62,939 bases of DNA, filler included, from Rhabdomonas costata (GCA_019059605.1; 42 parts of 42 records of this genome joined end to end with filler, not necessarily neighbours in it); one strand, 5' to 3'; positions 38,795-52,747 are shown, counted from the whole stretch's first letter. Notes: generated by a model not told the origin, from the sequence alone. Program-made: numbers and translations.

Positions 38795-38929
38795 TGTGGT
38801 GTCTGGAATATAGAGACAAACGCAGACTGCGTAGGCGCCAATATTGTTCGTGCTTGAGTGTCTACCGAAATGTGGAAATAATTTAGCGCCTACGCAGTCT
38901 GCGTTTGTCTCTATATTCCACACACCACA
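38795..38929. repeat. Contig-terminal inverted repeat (44-nt arms, 1 mismatch); probable fold-back artefact
   Basis: 38795-38838 is the reverse complement of 38886-38929; the right arm ends exactly at the contig edge. Confidence 0.85.
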
Positions 38930-39302
38930 NNNNNNNNNNNNNNNNNNNNNNNNNNNNNNNNNNNNNNNNNNNNTTAATTAATTAANNNNNNNNNNNNNNN
39001 NNNNNNNNNNNNNNNNNNNNNNNNNNNNNGGTTTTTGGGTGTAACTTGCCTTGTTTTTTCTGCTTCTTTTCCGATGTGTTTGCCGGATGTGAGCTGGATT
39101 ATCGTGAGTGTGTTGAGGTGCTTATTTATTATGAAAATGACACGGACCCAGTGGCTGGTGCTGGGAAAACCTGGCCGCGGCATCCCCTTGGAAATGCCCT
39201 TCCCAAAGATGTCAATTAGGTGGGTGTGGGTGTAATGGGTTTCCTGAGGAGGTGGATCCAACTTTTTTCTGTGGTATGTTTGCGTATGAGGGGTGTGTGC
39301 AG

Positions 39303-39503
39303 ATCTCGATGGAGGTGATGAGCCTGGTCGTGGGCACGATGGGAACGGCGGTGCTGGCGGCGCACAGTGTGTTGGCCCTGCTGGACGTCACGGTCTACAC
39401 CTTCTTCTGGGGGTTCAGCATCGCCACCAACGTCCTTGTCGGCCAGCAGCTGGGGGAGGGCCAGCCCGAGCAGGCCAAGCGCACGGGGCTGTACGCCTTT
39501 GGG
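39303..39503 (+). CDS. MATE-family transporter exon
   Basis: SMEVMSLVVGTMGTAVLAAHSV...YTFFWGFSIATNVLVGQQLGEGQPEQAKR; GxSxAxxxxVGxxLG MATE motif; AG/GT bounded. Confidence 0.9.
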
Positions 39504-42500
39504 GTGCGTGTGTTTTTGTGCTGCTTTGTTGTGTGTGGATGTGGGTTTGTTGTCGGCTCGGTGTATTATGCGTCTCTCCTCGTTCGAGTTCCCCGTGAAA
39601 TTTCAAGGTTCCCTTTTGTTCGCCCAGGCGTTGTGAAGGGTTGGTTTCATATCTAATCGCCTTTTTTGTTGCATTTGAGTGGGAAGAACCCCCAGAAAAA
39701 ACCCCCCAGAAGCCCTCCCTTGCTATGTGTCACGTTGTTTTAAAGTGCGAAAAGCTTGGGTTATTTGCTTTGTTGTGATGTGGGACTTCGGCATCGGATT
39801 GGTTTCTAGTTGTCCATGGGGAATTTAATCAAGGGTCTGAACGCCATTGGGTATTGGGTGAACCCGGCGTGAGGTATGGTACAAACACGTGGGGCATCCT
39901 CTCCTCACCTGGATAGAACCAAGAGTATGACTGAGTGTAGAGGCGGGTGCGGGGTGAGTTGAAGTTGCGAGGGTTCTGAGAGAGCTGATCAGTAGTGCGA
40001 AGTAGTCTCAAAAATGCGTGAAATACGTTGTGCTTAGAACGCCCGAAATATTTTGGTTTACTGATGGGATTTGGATTTGCCCCCTTCCCCTTCCCCGTTC
40101 TTCACTTGCTTTTGGGATATTTTCGACTATGCCCCAGCGTGCAGCAAAGGGCTTCCGACAGCAACTCGAGGCCGCCTGCTGCCCACCAAGCTCAGACCGT
40201 CACCACCTGCTTAGACCAAATGGGCCGCTAGATGGGCTTTAATCAAATAGCCTAAGAGGATGGGTGTCCAAAAAAGGCTGAAAATTCCTGAAGCGCCCCA
40301 TAAAATCACGCGCCAGGAGAGAAAACCATGTTACTATGTCGCCTTTTGAGTGCGCCATTTGCAAAGATACCTGCTCTTAAAAGCCATGCTATTTAAATGC
40401 AACCTTTTGACAGACATTCCACACCCCCCCNNNNNNNNNNNNNNNNNNNNNNNNNNNNNNNNNNNNNNNNNNNNTTAATTAATTAANNNNNNNNNNNNNN
40501 NNNNNNNNNNNNNNNNNNNNNNNNNNNNNNGACAGCTGCAAAGAAAGCCACTGCGAAAGGAGTGTCTGAATGAAATTTCCTCGTATTGATCATTCTGTTG
40601 CGGGACATTTTCTGGTTTGTGGGATCCCTGGTTATAATGAGGTGGAAACGACGACATGTTTCCTGTCACATTTGAAAAGACGACAGTGACCAGAAAAAGC
40701 TGACGGCGTTTACCGTCAACATTTTTCCCGCAGTATCACCTTTTCGCTAGTAACGATTGTCTTTGGGCCTCTCGATGAATTGCTATCCCAGAAAGTTTTG
40801 ATTCTCAAAAATGGCAACCTTGTCTTCGCCCAGCATTCATCAATAGGATATCACTGCTCTCTCCACTTCTGAACATTTTTTCGATCGGGTATTACATTCT
40901 TCTTCCCCCCTTCTTTCATTTGTTCGCATATGCATCTTCACCCTCCTCCTCTCATTCAGCACCAGAGTTGACGTTCATCAGCCTTACACTGAACCAGCAT
41001 TCTGTGTTGCCGCTTGTTTTGCCGCAGCCGCCAGAGAAAGCGCCGGCTTTCAGCTCTCGAAAGGGCAGCCACGGGCAGTCGCGGTGCCGCTCACACCGCT
41101 ACCACGAGGCGCAGGTTGTGCTTTACAGCCATTTTGGTGGGTACTTTGGTGGGCCTTAACGAAAAGTGTGGTTTTCAGGATTGTGGTAAAAGGAAGTTTG
41201 GATTTTTTTTATGGGGGGGCTTTTTTGAATTAGTCAGTGAGCTCAGAGATGAGCGCTGGAGAGAGTCTAAAGGCAGCCGGTTGAGCGATGATTTTGGCTT
41301 TTGTGCTGTGTCTACTCTTGGCTCTTAAAACGCCTTCCTCCGCTAAAACTAAGAATGCGTTCCTTTTTGTTGAAAAAAACTAAGCTAAGTTTCCTGCCCC
41401 CCCCCCTCCGATTTTGTTACTGGGGGGGGGGGTGCCCGTACAATGTATTATTATAGCCATGATGCTATAATATCGCATTTTAGCTATTACATACATTATG
41501 CATGCGGGGGATTAGGAGACGATGCACGGGTCCCCTGGGATTCCAATGGATGCTTTTGCAGGGGTTAGGAGGCGATGCACGCGTCCTGAATGGATCTTTT
41601 GCAGGGGGTCAGGTTGGGTTACACGCATCCCCTGAGTTTTTCCAGGATGTTTTTGGCCGCGCCGCTGCACTCCACGGCCCAAGATTCTGGGTGCCGACGT
41701 CAGATAAGCAATGCCTCCATTTTTCTCCGCCTATAATGGGGTATGATAGCATAATATAATAATGTAATATATTATATTATACTATTATTATTATTATATA
41801 TTATACATTGTATCAGTATCCAATAACATTATTGCGTATAATACCATTATACGGCCCCTAATGCCATCGTAGTTAACGATATTATAGTATAATGACTGTA
41901 ATACCCCAATTATATGGGCACACCCCACACCNNNNNNNNNNNNNNNNNNNNNNNNNNNNNNNNNNNNNNNNNNNNTTAATTAATTAANNNNNNNNNNNNN
42001 NNNNNNNNNNNNNNNNNNNNNNNNNNNNNNNGGGGGGGTGGTTACACACACAGCCAACCCACACATAAACTGCTAAAACTAAACAGAATCATCCATTAAC
42101 GGCCATGTATGTAACCACAGTACCACGCCACGTCATATGCCACATTTGCTCAGAACAGTAACACTGGTAATCCTATGGCTTCATACATGTCTGAGTCTGA
42201 TGTAACTATACTGGCGGAGATTCCAACAGCTTTGAACAACAGGCATCCGCAAAAATTTTACACTTCTTGTGGGTGTTCGCAATTATCCTTAACGGAGTAT
42301 TTGTCCTTTAGCATGTGGCGTAATTACACCGACAAATTGTGAGACCTTATGATGCCACGTGGTGCTACAGAGATGATTAGAGCGGTGTGGGTGCATAAAA
42401 CACAACCAACGTATTTGCATCTGACACAGAAACTGCACGTCAACTTTTCAATTATACGCAATGCCATTTGATAAACAGACGCGCTGACTAGCATACTTTT

Positions 42501-43206
42501 GAGTGACATAATACTGCTGAAAAATACGAAAAGAACACCACTGGCGACTTATGACATAATTATCACACGCCTGAAACAAGACGCATAAAGTAGCCATAAA
42601 AGCACAAAAAATTGCACACACACACACACACACTCCCACGTACAAACACCACAACTAGATCACCAAGGCGCATCTTGAGGAAGAAATGACATGCCATTAG
42701 ACCACCATCTCTCATATAACCGTTTGATATTGTTCTTTGTATTAGCGCATTTATACAATGTGACCACATCTAACATCTTCACAGTTGTGACGTAAAATAA
42801 CAAAGCTTTAATGACATCATAATAAATGTTGGTAGCACCACTCATTTTGGCACGAACTTTCGCCGTGTTTGACATACGCTTTTAATCAATAACTGTAATA
42901 ACTAGACAGGATACATAAAGCATAAGCTTAAAAACACAAAGAATTGCTACTTCGTGGACGTCTGACAATATAAACCAATAGCAGTGGTGATTTGTGTCTT
43001 ATGATAATTAAGGCAATGCCGTGGCACACATGTGCTGCCTCTTTTCAGTCATTGGCAAACTGTATTGCAGTCAGTAGTAATTAAGTTTTATAATCGCCAA
43101 CTTGTACTCATATGTACTCATATGAGTTGGTTTAAAAAACGTGGAGTCAGTGCCAGGTTTGCGTATGAGAGTTTCAAAAAGCAAAAGCGGTGGACCCTGT
43201 GGATGT

Positions 43207-43358
43207 AGCTTTGAAGGAATATGATGTTTAATGTTACAAATCGTAAATGACCACATCAAAGTCTTTTAGTATTGAAGTGTGGCACCGACTCAATACTAAA
43301 AGACTTTGATGTGGTCATTTACGCTTTGTAACATTAAACATCATATTCCTTCAAAGCT
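43207..43358. repeat. Near-terminal inverted repeat (69-nt arms, 1 mismatch, 14-nt loop); probable fold-back artefact
   Basis: 43207-43275 is the reverse complement of 43290-43358; what follows looks like a decaying continuation of the same inversion. Confidence 0.85.
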
Positions 43359-43765
43359 GCATTCTCCGTTACCACCCAACATGTATATGAAACAAAGTCA
43401 CTCCACATCTACACATTCTCACCCAACCCCCNNNNNNNNNNNNNNNNNNNNNNNNNNNNNNNNNNNNNNNNNNNNTTAATTAATTAANNNNNNNNNNNNN
43501 NNNNNNNNNNNNNNNNNNNNNNNNNNNNNNNTTGTTTGTTGTGACCGGACATAGACAGTGCGACTTTCACATCGTTGTACCCTGTGCTCGCAAGGATTTT
43601 CCCAACTTTTGCAACAGCTTGCTACCCCTGCAGGCCTGGGGTTCCTATGCGAAGTCCTCAAATGGGCCCGCTTTTATTTATCATTCATACTCATGTCCTT
43701 GCAGGTAGTCATCGATGGGCGTGGGGTCATTTTGTGGGCATCGAGTTGGGGTATTTCAAAAACAG

Positions 43766-44903
43766 GTGCTGTCTGCGCTGCTCTGCGAGATGGATGGTGT
43801 GGAGACCCGGAGCGGGGTGTTTGTACTGGGATGCTCCAACCGCCCAAAGCTGATGGACGCCGCCCTGCTCAGGCAGGTTGGGGCTTTTCCCCTTTCCCAG
43901 TTGCTGCTCTGCTGCTCAGCTGCTGCTCTGCTGTCAGCGTTGGCCCTCTTCTGTTGAGCCCGTTTCTAGAAAGTGGCTCAGGCAGAAGCAGCCTGCTATG
44001 GAAAAACGCGCAGCTTGCCTCGACCTCCGTGCAGATGGGGAGTCCCGAATATAAGCCCTTCCACCCCAGACAAACGTCGACGAACAGTGATTTTTCATTT
44101 TTTATTTGAGACACCTTGGTCCCGAGTAACTTCCGACCCCTCTTACGCAACAACTCCGTCTGGTCCACAACGGGCCCTAGACACTCTTGTCACCGAATCC
44201 TTTGATTTTGGTTCTCCTTGCTTTGCTTTCAGGAATGAGTGTTACTTGGCCGCGTAGGTGCATCCTGCGCTTGTAACTTGTGTTTGCTGCTTTGCCTCAG
44301 GGTCGGCTGGAGCATCTCATGTACCTCCCCCTGCCCGACGCGGAGGATCGCAGGGAAATCCTGCGGCAGAAGTATGAAGAGCGGTTGGATGTGAGATTGT
44401 GGGCTTGTTCTGTTACACTTCCAACTGTGCCACAATAAAGTCACCGGAAAGAAGACAATGGCAAGGGGGCATATTTCGTTGAACTGTAGGGCAATTGGCA
44501 TTCATTGTCCCAGGCACGTTCACTGCATGGGCATTTCCAAGACAACTGGATTTTCATCTCTTTCACTGCTCACGGAAACACTGGCGCGGAAACGGCGGGC
44601 AGTCATTTTCATCGTCAGTCAGTGTTTCAGCAGCGCATTTTTCAAACTGTTATGCCACGGGGTTTCAGGTTTCAGGCCATGCCGATGGACCCAGACGTCG
44701 ACCTGGAGCAGTGGGTAGGGCTGACTCAGGGCTTCTCCGGGGCGGGCCTGGCCGTGCTCTGCCGCGAGGCTGCCCTGACGAGTTTCCGCCACAGCGCCTG
44801 CGCCGTCACCACTGTGGCCCACCGGCACCTTACAGAGGCCCTCCAGGACCCCACCCTAGGGCCCTCCACTGTGGGCAACCCCTCAGACTACGAAGACCTA
44901 TGA
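43766..44903 (+). CDS. AAA+ ATPase, CDC48/AFG2 (SPATA5-like) family, end of D2 domain (exons 43766-43876, 44301-44371, 44669-44903)
   Basis: VLSALLCEMDGV....GVFVLGCSNRPKLMDAALLRQ/GRLEHLMYLPLPDAEDRREILRQK/FQAMPMDPDVDL.......QGFSGAGLAVLCREAAL; second region of homology and lid; GT-AG introns; TGA at 44903. Confidence 0.9.
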
Positions 44904-45829
44904 GTGACGTACGGTCGGACGGCACCCACACANNNNNNNNNNNNNNNNNNNNNNNNNNNNNNNNNNNNNNNNNNNNTTAATTAATTAANNNNNNNNNNNN
45001 NNNNNNNNNNNNNNNNNNNNNNNNNNNNNNNNGGGGGGGGTGTGACGACCCAAAGCGAGCTTTAAAAAATGCAAAAGAAAATCTCTTTGTGGGGGCTTGT
45101 TTTTTCTTTTCAAAGCTCGCTTTGGGTCGTCGCACCCCCGGCCCTTAACCACTGCGAGCTTGGCCAATGCCAAAGTTCGGAAAGGGAAATGGCGGGAATC
45201 CGCCCAGGCGGTCTCTAATTCCGCTCGCTAATAGCGGACTCACAAGAAACAAAAAATACGCGAGTGGAAAGGGAAGGGACCGCGGTGGAAGAAGATCAGA
45301 ACACGTGCAGCAATGTTTTTTGCGGTAATATAATTTTTTTCACATTTTTACAACGACGCTATAAGTGGGGGTTGCTGTGAACTGTTGGATCAAGTTAATT
45401 TTTGCTGGCGGTGCGCTCCTCGGCACTGCAGTCTCCAAAAAGGGTTTATTTGATCTCGCAGGGGGTTAGGGGGCGGTACACGTGTCCCCCTAGGTAAGTT
45501 TATTTGTCGGAGGGGGTTAGGGGGCGGTGCACTTGTTCCGGCAGCACATTCTTTTTGCAATGCTATGAATTTTCCAATAGAAATTTTTATAGCGTCGCTG
45601 CGACCGTTTGGAGGCACACACATTCAGCTGGACGGAACATGACGAGTTAAAAGCCCTTGCATAAATCTTTTTTTGGTTTTGTCGCCCTGGGGGCATGTCT
45701 CTTTCGAGCCCGACGCGCAAAAGAGAGACCTTCTGCGATGTTGATGGTGTTCCCGTGTCTCCTTTGCGATCAACGTCCCTTCTGTTGAGCACTCATATCC
45801 ACAAGTAGCACTCTTTTCCCACAAAAGGT

Positions 45830-46065
45830 ACAGCCTTCTGTATATTGTTTGCCGCAAGAAAGTTGAGGGCAATGACCTTGGGCTCCGGAGAGAAGCGTCG
45901 GTACATCTCCTCGGTGATTTCGGTGGGGGGCACAAAGTCCTCAACGTCGCCACTGAACACGGCGTCGTACAGTCGCTCAACCACACAAATGTATTCCTGA
46001 AGCTCAGTGCCCTCACACCACATGTCAGCCGTGTTGAAAATCGCCTTAAAGATGGAGTAGTGGGG
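45830..46065 (-). CDS. Probable exon, unrecognised protein
   Basis: GC3-rich frame SIFKAIFNTADMWCEGTELQEYICVVERLYDAVF...NNIQKA; boundaries approximate. Confidence 0.45.
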
Positions 46066-47867
46066 TCGTGGGGCATGTGGAAAATAGTGATTTGAGTTCG
46101 GAATGTGGAACCGTAAGCAAGGGCGGGCCCTTAGCGTCCACACCCAAGGCCTGACGGACGTCTGCCCAATATCCATTAATTTTCAGATTCAACGAAAGAG
46201 CCATCAAGTTGTACCATGGGCTAGGCAGTCAACCGGGAGGCCTGTTGTAATTTTGAATTGTGCACCAAAACGCAGTGCAAGTAGGCTGACCCGTGAGCAA
46301 TCAAATGCCCCTCATACCTGCTCGAATAGTGTGTAGTCCAACTCCGCCTTGCCTCCGGAATCGAAAGCCCAGTCAGAATCCACGCAACGCGAGCGGGTGG
46401 CGATGTACCACAGTCGTGTGCGCGCTGTTGAANNNNNNNNNNNNNNNNNNNNNNNNNNNNNNNNNNNNNNNNNNNNTTAATTAATTAANNNNNNNNNNNN
46501 NNNNNNNNNNNNNNNNNNNNNNNNNNNNNNNNTTGTTCGACTGATTGTTTGGTCAATTTCCTTGTCCCATTTTGATTTTGACGACGGGTGTGGAAGGGTA
46601 TTGGTGGCTGGAAAGCACCCGAATATGCGTTGAGTGTTGGGTTGAGCAAAAAAAAGCAGTTCTAGCAGAATATCGGAATAAGAAAAGCTGATCTCTGAGG
46701 ACACCCGAGGAAACAGAATTTTTGCAGGGGGTTAGGTGGCGACGCGAACAACACATTTTTCCTTCTGCACGCTCTCCGTCACCCAGCTTGCGGGCTCCCC
46801 TTCTTTCGTTCTTGAGTCTCGTTCACTGTAAGTTCGATCTCTCTGTGAGGACCCCCACTGTCGAAACTAAATTTGAAAAAAGAAAGGATTTTAAAGAAAG
46901 GAACAGAAAATGAATGAATGCATCCCTCTCTCCTGCAGCAGCCGCAAGCTTTGTGCAGCCCAAGCGTGTTTTAGATTTTCAAGCAAATCCCCTTTAAAAA
47001 TGAGTTAAAAAACAACACCTTTCCTAGCTCTTGGGAGTTGCCTGGTGGTGGCTCTCCACATTTTGGCTTTCCCCACCCTTTCACATTTCGGTATTTAATT
47101 GATTTATACTGAGTAATTTCGTGCCTTGTCGACCTTTTTCCTACGTTGTAGACTTGGATGTGGATTTTCATCTGTCAGTAAATGAGTCGAGCACTTGAGC
47201 AACTGCAAACATACTTTCGAGGCATTTTTGCTTTTTAAACATAATTTAAATAAGTTGGTGTGCGAATGGGACTCAGAGCCCTATCCATTTTATGTCGAGT
47301 TTAACTTTACGAGCGAAAGTGGCGACCGCCGTTGCGGGTTCCCCCACCTGGCTCGTTTTTCGGGGCGCCATTGGCTTCGATAACTTGTTGTATGCTGCTG
47401 ATAATTCTGTTGCACCATTCACCATTCACTGAACTGTTGTGGCACATTAACCTGCATTTCTTCTTTTCATTTATTCTTTTTCTCAAATGAAAATAGCACT
47501 TGCATAAATGCTTCTGGACACAAAATATGGATGCAGAATTGCGGGTGGGATGCACGTTTGCACGGAAACATGAAAGAGCACCGATGTGGCCCCAGACCGT
47601 AGCGCAGCGGAGCGTCCCAAGATACCGTTGACTGGTAATTCCAATTCAAACTATGCCTTGTCCTCGAATGGCATCCCAGAGCGGGATTGCCAGAGCCCCG
47701 TTTGGGGTTGTTTCACGTGTTTAACATGACACGACCCACGTCTAAGCAAAGTAAGAGATGAGTGAAATGAACACTGAGCTTCCAGTTCAGCCCACGAGCA
47801 AACAGCAAACAGTAAACAACACAACATGAAGAAAGAAATGAGCCGGAAGTACGCAAATGGGAGCACG

Positions 47868-47930
47868 AAAAAGGACAAAATTCAAAAAGGACAAAATTCA
47901 AAAAGGACAAAGTTCGAAAAAGGACAAAAA
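47868..47930. repeat. Tandem 16-nt repeat AAAAAGGACAAAATTC, about 4 copies
   Basis: Directly visible at the contig end. Confidence 0.9.
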
Positions 47931-48198
47931 CCANNNNNNNNNNNNNNNNNNNNNNNNNNNNNNNNNNNNNNNNNNNNTTAATTAATTAANNNNNNNNNNN
48001 NNNNNNNNNNNNNNNNNNNNNNNNNNNNNNNNNGGGGGGTGTGTGTTTGGGGGGTTTGGTCCTGGCTTCCGGCCTGGTTCCACATTCAATAAGTCGGTCG
48101 ATTGTACGGGAATGATGGTGCAAGTAAAATTTCAAGCGTTACGAAAACTCCTATTCACACCTGCTGCCTTCTCTGTGTGAACCTGGGCTTTGTGGTGT

Positions 48199-48470
48199 CG
48201 GGAAATCATTGATAAAGTGCCCCACCTTCCCACATTGAAAGCATTGAACCAGCTCCACTGACAAAGATTGATTTTTGCGGCTTTTCCACTCATCATCATC
48301 CTTAGTGTCTCTGCCGACTCGCGGCGTCTGGTGCCCTGTCGCAGAATAGGCGTGGTCAGTGAGAAATCACTTGCCCTGGAGCCAGGGTCATACCAGCAGC
48401 CTTAATTTTGTCACCGCATCTATTTCGCTCAACCTGCACAAAGTTTCCTCATATCCAGGAATGGAGCCTA
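48199..48470 (-). mobile_element. Decayed gag-like fragment with CCHC zinc knuckle
   Basis: VQCFQCGKVGHFINDFP at 48249-48199 = CX2CX4HX4C with the last Cys changed to Phe; surrounding frames contain stops. Confidence 0.45.
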
Positions 48471-49562
48471 AACTGGTGTGGAAGTCTGTCTGTGCGGAAT
48501 TGTATCAGTTGACTGCAGTGGTTCGATGTTGGAACGTTGGATGTTGGAGCGTCATGGTCATCTCATCAGTCGGTATACAGGTAGATGAATTGGACCGTAA
48601 AAACTCTCGATTCGTCGAACTTTTGCCTTTGTCATGGGAGTCTATTTGTCCAACTGTTAGCGTTTCATCTAATGTTCAATGAACGGCTGTTGCTTACAGG
48701 TGACGGCACAGACGTTTTCCTAAGACAACACATACCGAAGACGTATGAAACCAGCTGCTCGATTTCTCAAAAGCAATATTTCCAAGGAATGGAACGCTCT
48801 TAGTTGGGGCAACTAAAGCAGGAACCGACGGTTAGACGGTAAAAACCACCTTAAACCGCCTAAGAAGGCCACCGTTGGAAAGTCACCGGTGGAAAACTTA
48901 TCGGAATTGGTTTGCGCAATCCCCGTGCTATTAGGATGTTGCTTGCTCTATTTTTAATCCTTGCGCGGAAGGATGACCTAACCCTAAAACGCCCCATGGC
49001 TAAGACCCTCGGGTCGTCGAGGCTTTCAGGGTCCTCTGGTTTGCTGTTCGCTCCGCAGATGTGCGCGCGTTCAAATGGAATTTGGCGGAGGCCATCTTTG
49101 AATGGATATGTCTTTTGTTCTCAACGGGCCGCTATTACTAAAAACACGGCGCCCATTACATCTGCATTTGGCGGCCGGTGGTTCTTTTCAAACGAATCCG
49201 ATTCCTAGGCAGCAAAAAAATGTTGAGTCCCTGATTTTTTTGGAAATTCAGGGTCAGGCCAAAGTATCGGCTGGATGCCCTGTGTTGGCACGCAAACGCC
49301 GCCCGTAAGTGGAGCACCGGGTGTAACAGATGACGAAAATGAGGCCTGATCCCCAAAACCTCTCCTTTTCCGATTTCTTTCTGGGCATGTGTTCGGCACC
49401 TGAAAGGGACCCAGGCGGATTTCCCCCCCACCCCNNNNNNNNNNNNNNNNNNNNNNNNNNNNNNNNNNNNNNNNNNNNTTAATTAATTAANNNNNNNNNN
49501 NNNNNNNNNNNNNNNNNNNNNNNNNNNNNNNNNNTCCCACTGCTGCAATGTGCGCGTGGCAG

Positions 49563-50850
49563 GTGGGGCTGGGGTATTCTTCTGTTCGCGCTGCTGGCGG
49601 GCAAGCCCCCGTTCCACGGCAGCAACATGAAGGAGACCTTCGAGAGCATCCTCAGGGACACCCCGAACTTCAAGCCCTTCCCTTGGATGGAGGCTCCTGC
49701 ACAAACCTTGCTTATGGGCGTACGAACCCCTGTCTTTATCCGCCTCTCTTTCCGTCTCACTGCTTCCTCTGCCTACGGCCAGTAGGGGGCGTCTTGGATT
49801 TTTTTTTTGGGTGGTGGTGAGGAAGATCGTTAAACTTGGCACCGCTAAAAGTTTAGTGTTAAGTGGTCATAAATTTCCTAACCACCCTCAAATTAAAATA
49901 CGTCTGTCTGGGGGAAGAAAAACTGTGTTCCTAACCCATTTTGCCAAAATAAATGCATTTAGAGGTGGTTAACACAGTTTTTTTTGACACAGTTTATCTA
50001 ACCCCTGATTCCTGAAAAAAAAATAACATCTCGAAAATGTGTCTGCTTCGGACATTTAGCACTGCTAAACGTTTAGCAGTACAAAACACAGCATCGCCCA
50101 CCCCGTGGAACGCCTCTGCGGCGCTGGCCTTCGCACACATAAATTAATAAAAAATTTCCCTTTGTATTGCCAAACTCCTGGGAACCGTTCATCGCCCTTG
50201 CGTTTTAGCACGTCTGAAGGTATAGTACTGCTAAAGTTAAGCAGTGCTAAACGGTTTAACGCCCCGCCCCCCACATCAATTTTTCCGCCAGCTAGGGCAG
50301 TGGTGTATATCCTGTCTGCCTCAATTAGGTGGGATAAATGAGGCCCTTAAGCATGCCTGGATTGTGGAAGGCAGTCTTGCTCTCATCTCTTGCTCAGTGG
50401 ACGCGTTTTTTTTTGCGGTTAAGAACATCCAACCCACTTTAAAGGTGAAGGAGGAGGCTGGGAGGCAGGTACAACTGCCATTTTGTGCAACCCAAGTAAT
50501 TCTTGATGCTTCCCCCCTATTTTTTCATTGAGGGATAGAGAAAGAGGTGCTTTCGGGTTTTGGAATGGGCAACTATGGTGGTGCTTTTTCACCTTTACAA
50601 CTTTTCACAAACTTTCTTCGATTCAAGCCAACAGCCGATATTGAAAGCATCTTGCATTTTAATTGTTATATCTTCATGTTCAGTACTCTGCCCACCCATC
50701 CTGCGTGCTTCCCCTTCCCTACCCGAATTCATTTTCTTGTTCGACATATGCGCTTTTAAAGATCATCTTGGTGTTGCAGGTTCTTGAGAAGAAGCCCACG
50801 AACCGTTTGAAAGACCTGAGCCAGATCAGAGAAAGCCTCTTTTTCAGCGG
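49563..50850 (+). CDS. AGC-type Ser/Thr kinase, C-lobe (exons 49563-49719, 50780-50850)
   Basis: (W)WGWGILLFALLAGKPPFHGSNMKETFESILRD...AQTLLMG/VLEKKPTNRLKDLSQIRESLFFSG; subdomains IX-XI; GT-AG intron. Confidence 0.85.
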
Positions 50851-51942
50851 GTATGCCCAACACAGCTTCGCACACTCGCTCCGAATTCATCCTCTCACAC
50901 TGAATGACAGTGCGATGGACAAAAGCCAACAGATNNNNNNNNNNNNNNNNNNNNNNNNNNNNNNNNNNNNNNNNNNNNTTAATTAATTAANNNNNNNNNN
51001 NNNNNNNNNNNNNNNNNNNNNNNNNNNNNNNNNNTTGCACCGAAGCAAACCTTGCCAACGTTTTCACATGGGAAATTGATCAGAAAGAAAATAGTTAGTG
51101 AGTTCGTCAAACGCCAAAGGATTCAACACCGATCCTTTTCTCTAACTCTTCCTTTACCTGTCGGGTAGTGTGCAATCATCAGGGAATCCTTCCCTGGGTG
51201 CGGGGGTTTTCCTTGTACTCTAGAACGCAATGTTCGCCATTGGGAAGGACCAGCCACAATCATTGTTATGGCGATGTTTGCGTGCTACAACAAACGAATA
51301 CCGATCCCTATTACGGCCCTTGTAGATTTCACACTTCCTTTTGGGCCTAGTGGGGTAAAATGCCGCTTTCCCTGCAACCCGGGGGGCAATAATTTGGTGC
51401 AGGTAGGTAGCCTACGCCACTGGCTCACCTAACGCCCCCATCGGTCTTCTATCTTCTATTGGATTCGTCAGGTGCTTCTGTCTGGAAGTGGCGCCCTCAA
51501 AGGAAAGACGCATCAAGACGCCCTATTCCACGCGCGGTACTGGAAGCGGGGCAACCGAGTGAATTTTCTCTTCAAGTTGAGGCGTGACACGGACACGATG
51601 CTGGCTTAATCTCAAAAGAAAATCACAAATAACAAATGAAAAGCCTCATTTTATGCAAAGACAGTGTTGGAATTTCTGTAATGTTTATGAGAAGGAGGCA
51701 GCACTGGAGTTTGAGAATGTAATAATAGCAATAGTAATTTTAAAAAAACAAAAAACAAAAATGGGTCGATTGCATAACACATCACAACTCATCACATCCT
51801 TCATAGGGAAAGACACAGAGTGAAGAAAGTGAGAATAACACAACAAGGATGGGACATCGCAAGAGGCACAACATCCAGCGAATTCGAGCAGAGCGGCCCA
51901 CATCCATCCCAGGCTCCTCGACGCACGCCGAGGGCATCACAC

Positions 51943-52122
51943 CTGTCAACCCCGTGGTTGTGGAGTCGCAATCGGGGGTGGTCGTCCACCCAAACCTGCA
52001 GGTCCCGGAGTCGGGTCCGCTGGAGGATTGTCCCGTCATGCACGTGGAGGTGGCTCCACACCATCCGCAGCCCGGAGCAACCGTGCAGGTGCCACAGCTC
52101 GAGTACGAAGAGCACGAGTCAG
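51943..52122 (-). CDS. PSI (plexin/semaphorin/integrin) domain exon
   Basis: DSCSSYSSCGTCTVAPGCGWCGATSTCMTG...GTCRFGW; CxxCxxxxxCGWC signature; CAG|...|GT bounded. Confidence 0.8.
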
Positions 52123-52747
52123 CTGTGGAGCAGCCCCCGCAGAAGCCGAGTCAGCCAAAGGGAACGGCTAAAGCTATTGGGTCTGCTCGCCATTTTTGGC
52201 ATACTTCCACGAACGACGCGCAAATCTCTATTCACACAAGACCCACAAGCAAACTTTGGATTTGCGCCTCTACCTTTTTGGCGGCTCGTAACCAGCTGCA
52301 CAGACACCTGGAACGTTCTGGAGATCCATTTATCAGAATACGGCTGAATATCCAGTGCTAACAGTTCGCCCAGAAACGACCGCTGGCATGCTACTCTGTT
52401 TCGTTTGGGGTCTTCTGAAATCATGTGTTTGAGCNNNNNNNNNNNNNNNNNNNNNNNNNNNNNNNNNNNNNNNNNNNNTTAATTAATTAANNNNNNNNNN
52501 NNNNNNNNNNNNNNNNNNNNNNNNNNNNNNNNNNTTGTTGGTGGATTTCCTTTTTTTTCTGGTCGTCAAGTAGAATATTGGCCAACCGCGTGTTTTGGAG
52601 AAAAGTGCCCTTTTTCTCCTTTTGAGTCTAGACCCTTGGAGACTCCCCCTCCCTGATTAAATTAAGAGGAGATATGGTGGACATCTTGGAGCTTAGATGC
52701 TTTGCCATAGGAAAGAGGCTTTGCTATCGGTGGAAACTTCGCCACAG

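Noticed and set aside
38855-38864. TGAGTGTCTA resembling the euglenid spliced-leader core
   Set aside because: Only 10 nt match; no following T-tract, donor site or SL RNA structure.
51849-52361. 170-aa plus-strand ORF, and many similar ORFs in the track
   Set aside because: Shadow of the minus-strand PSI exon; most listed ORFs are antisense shadows or read-through into introns.
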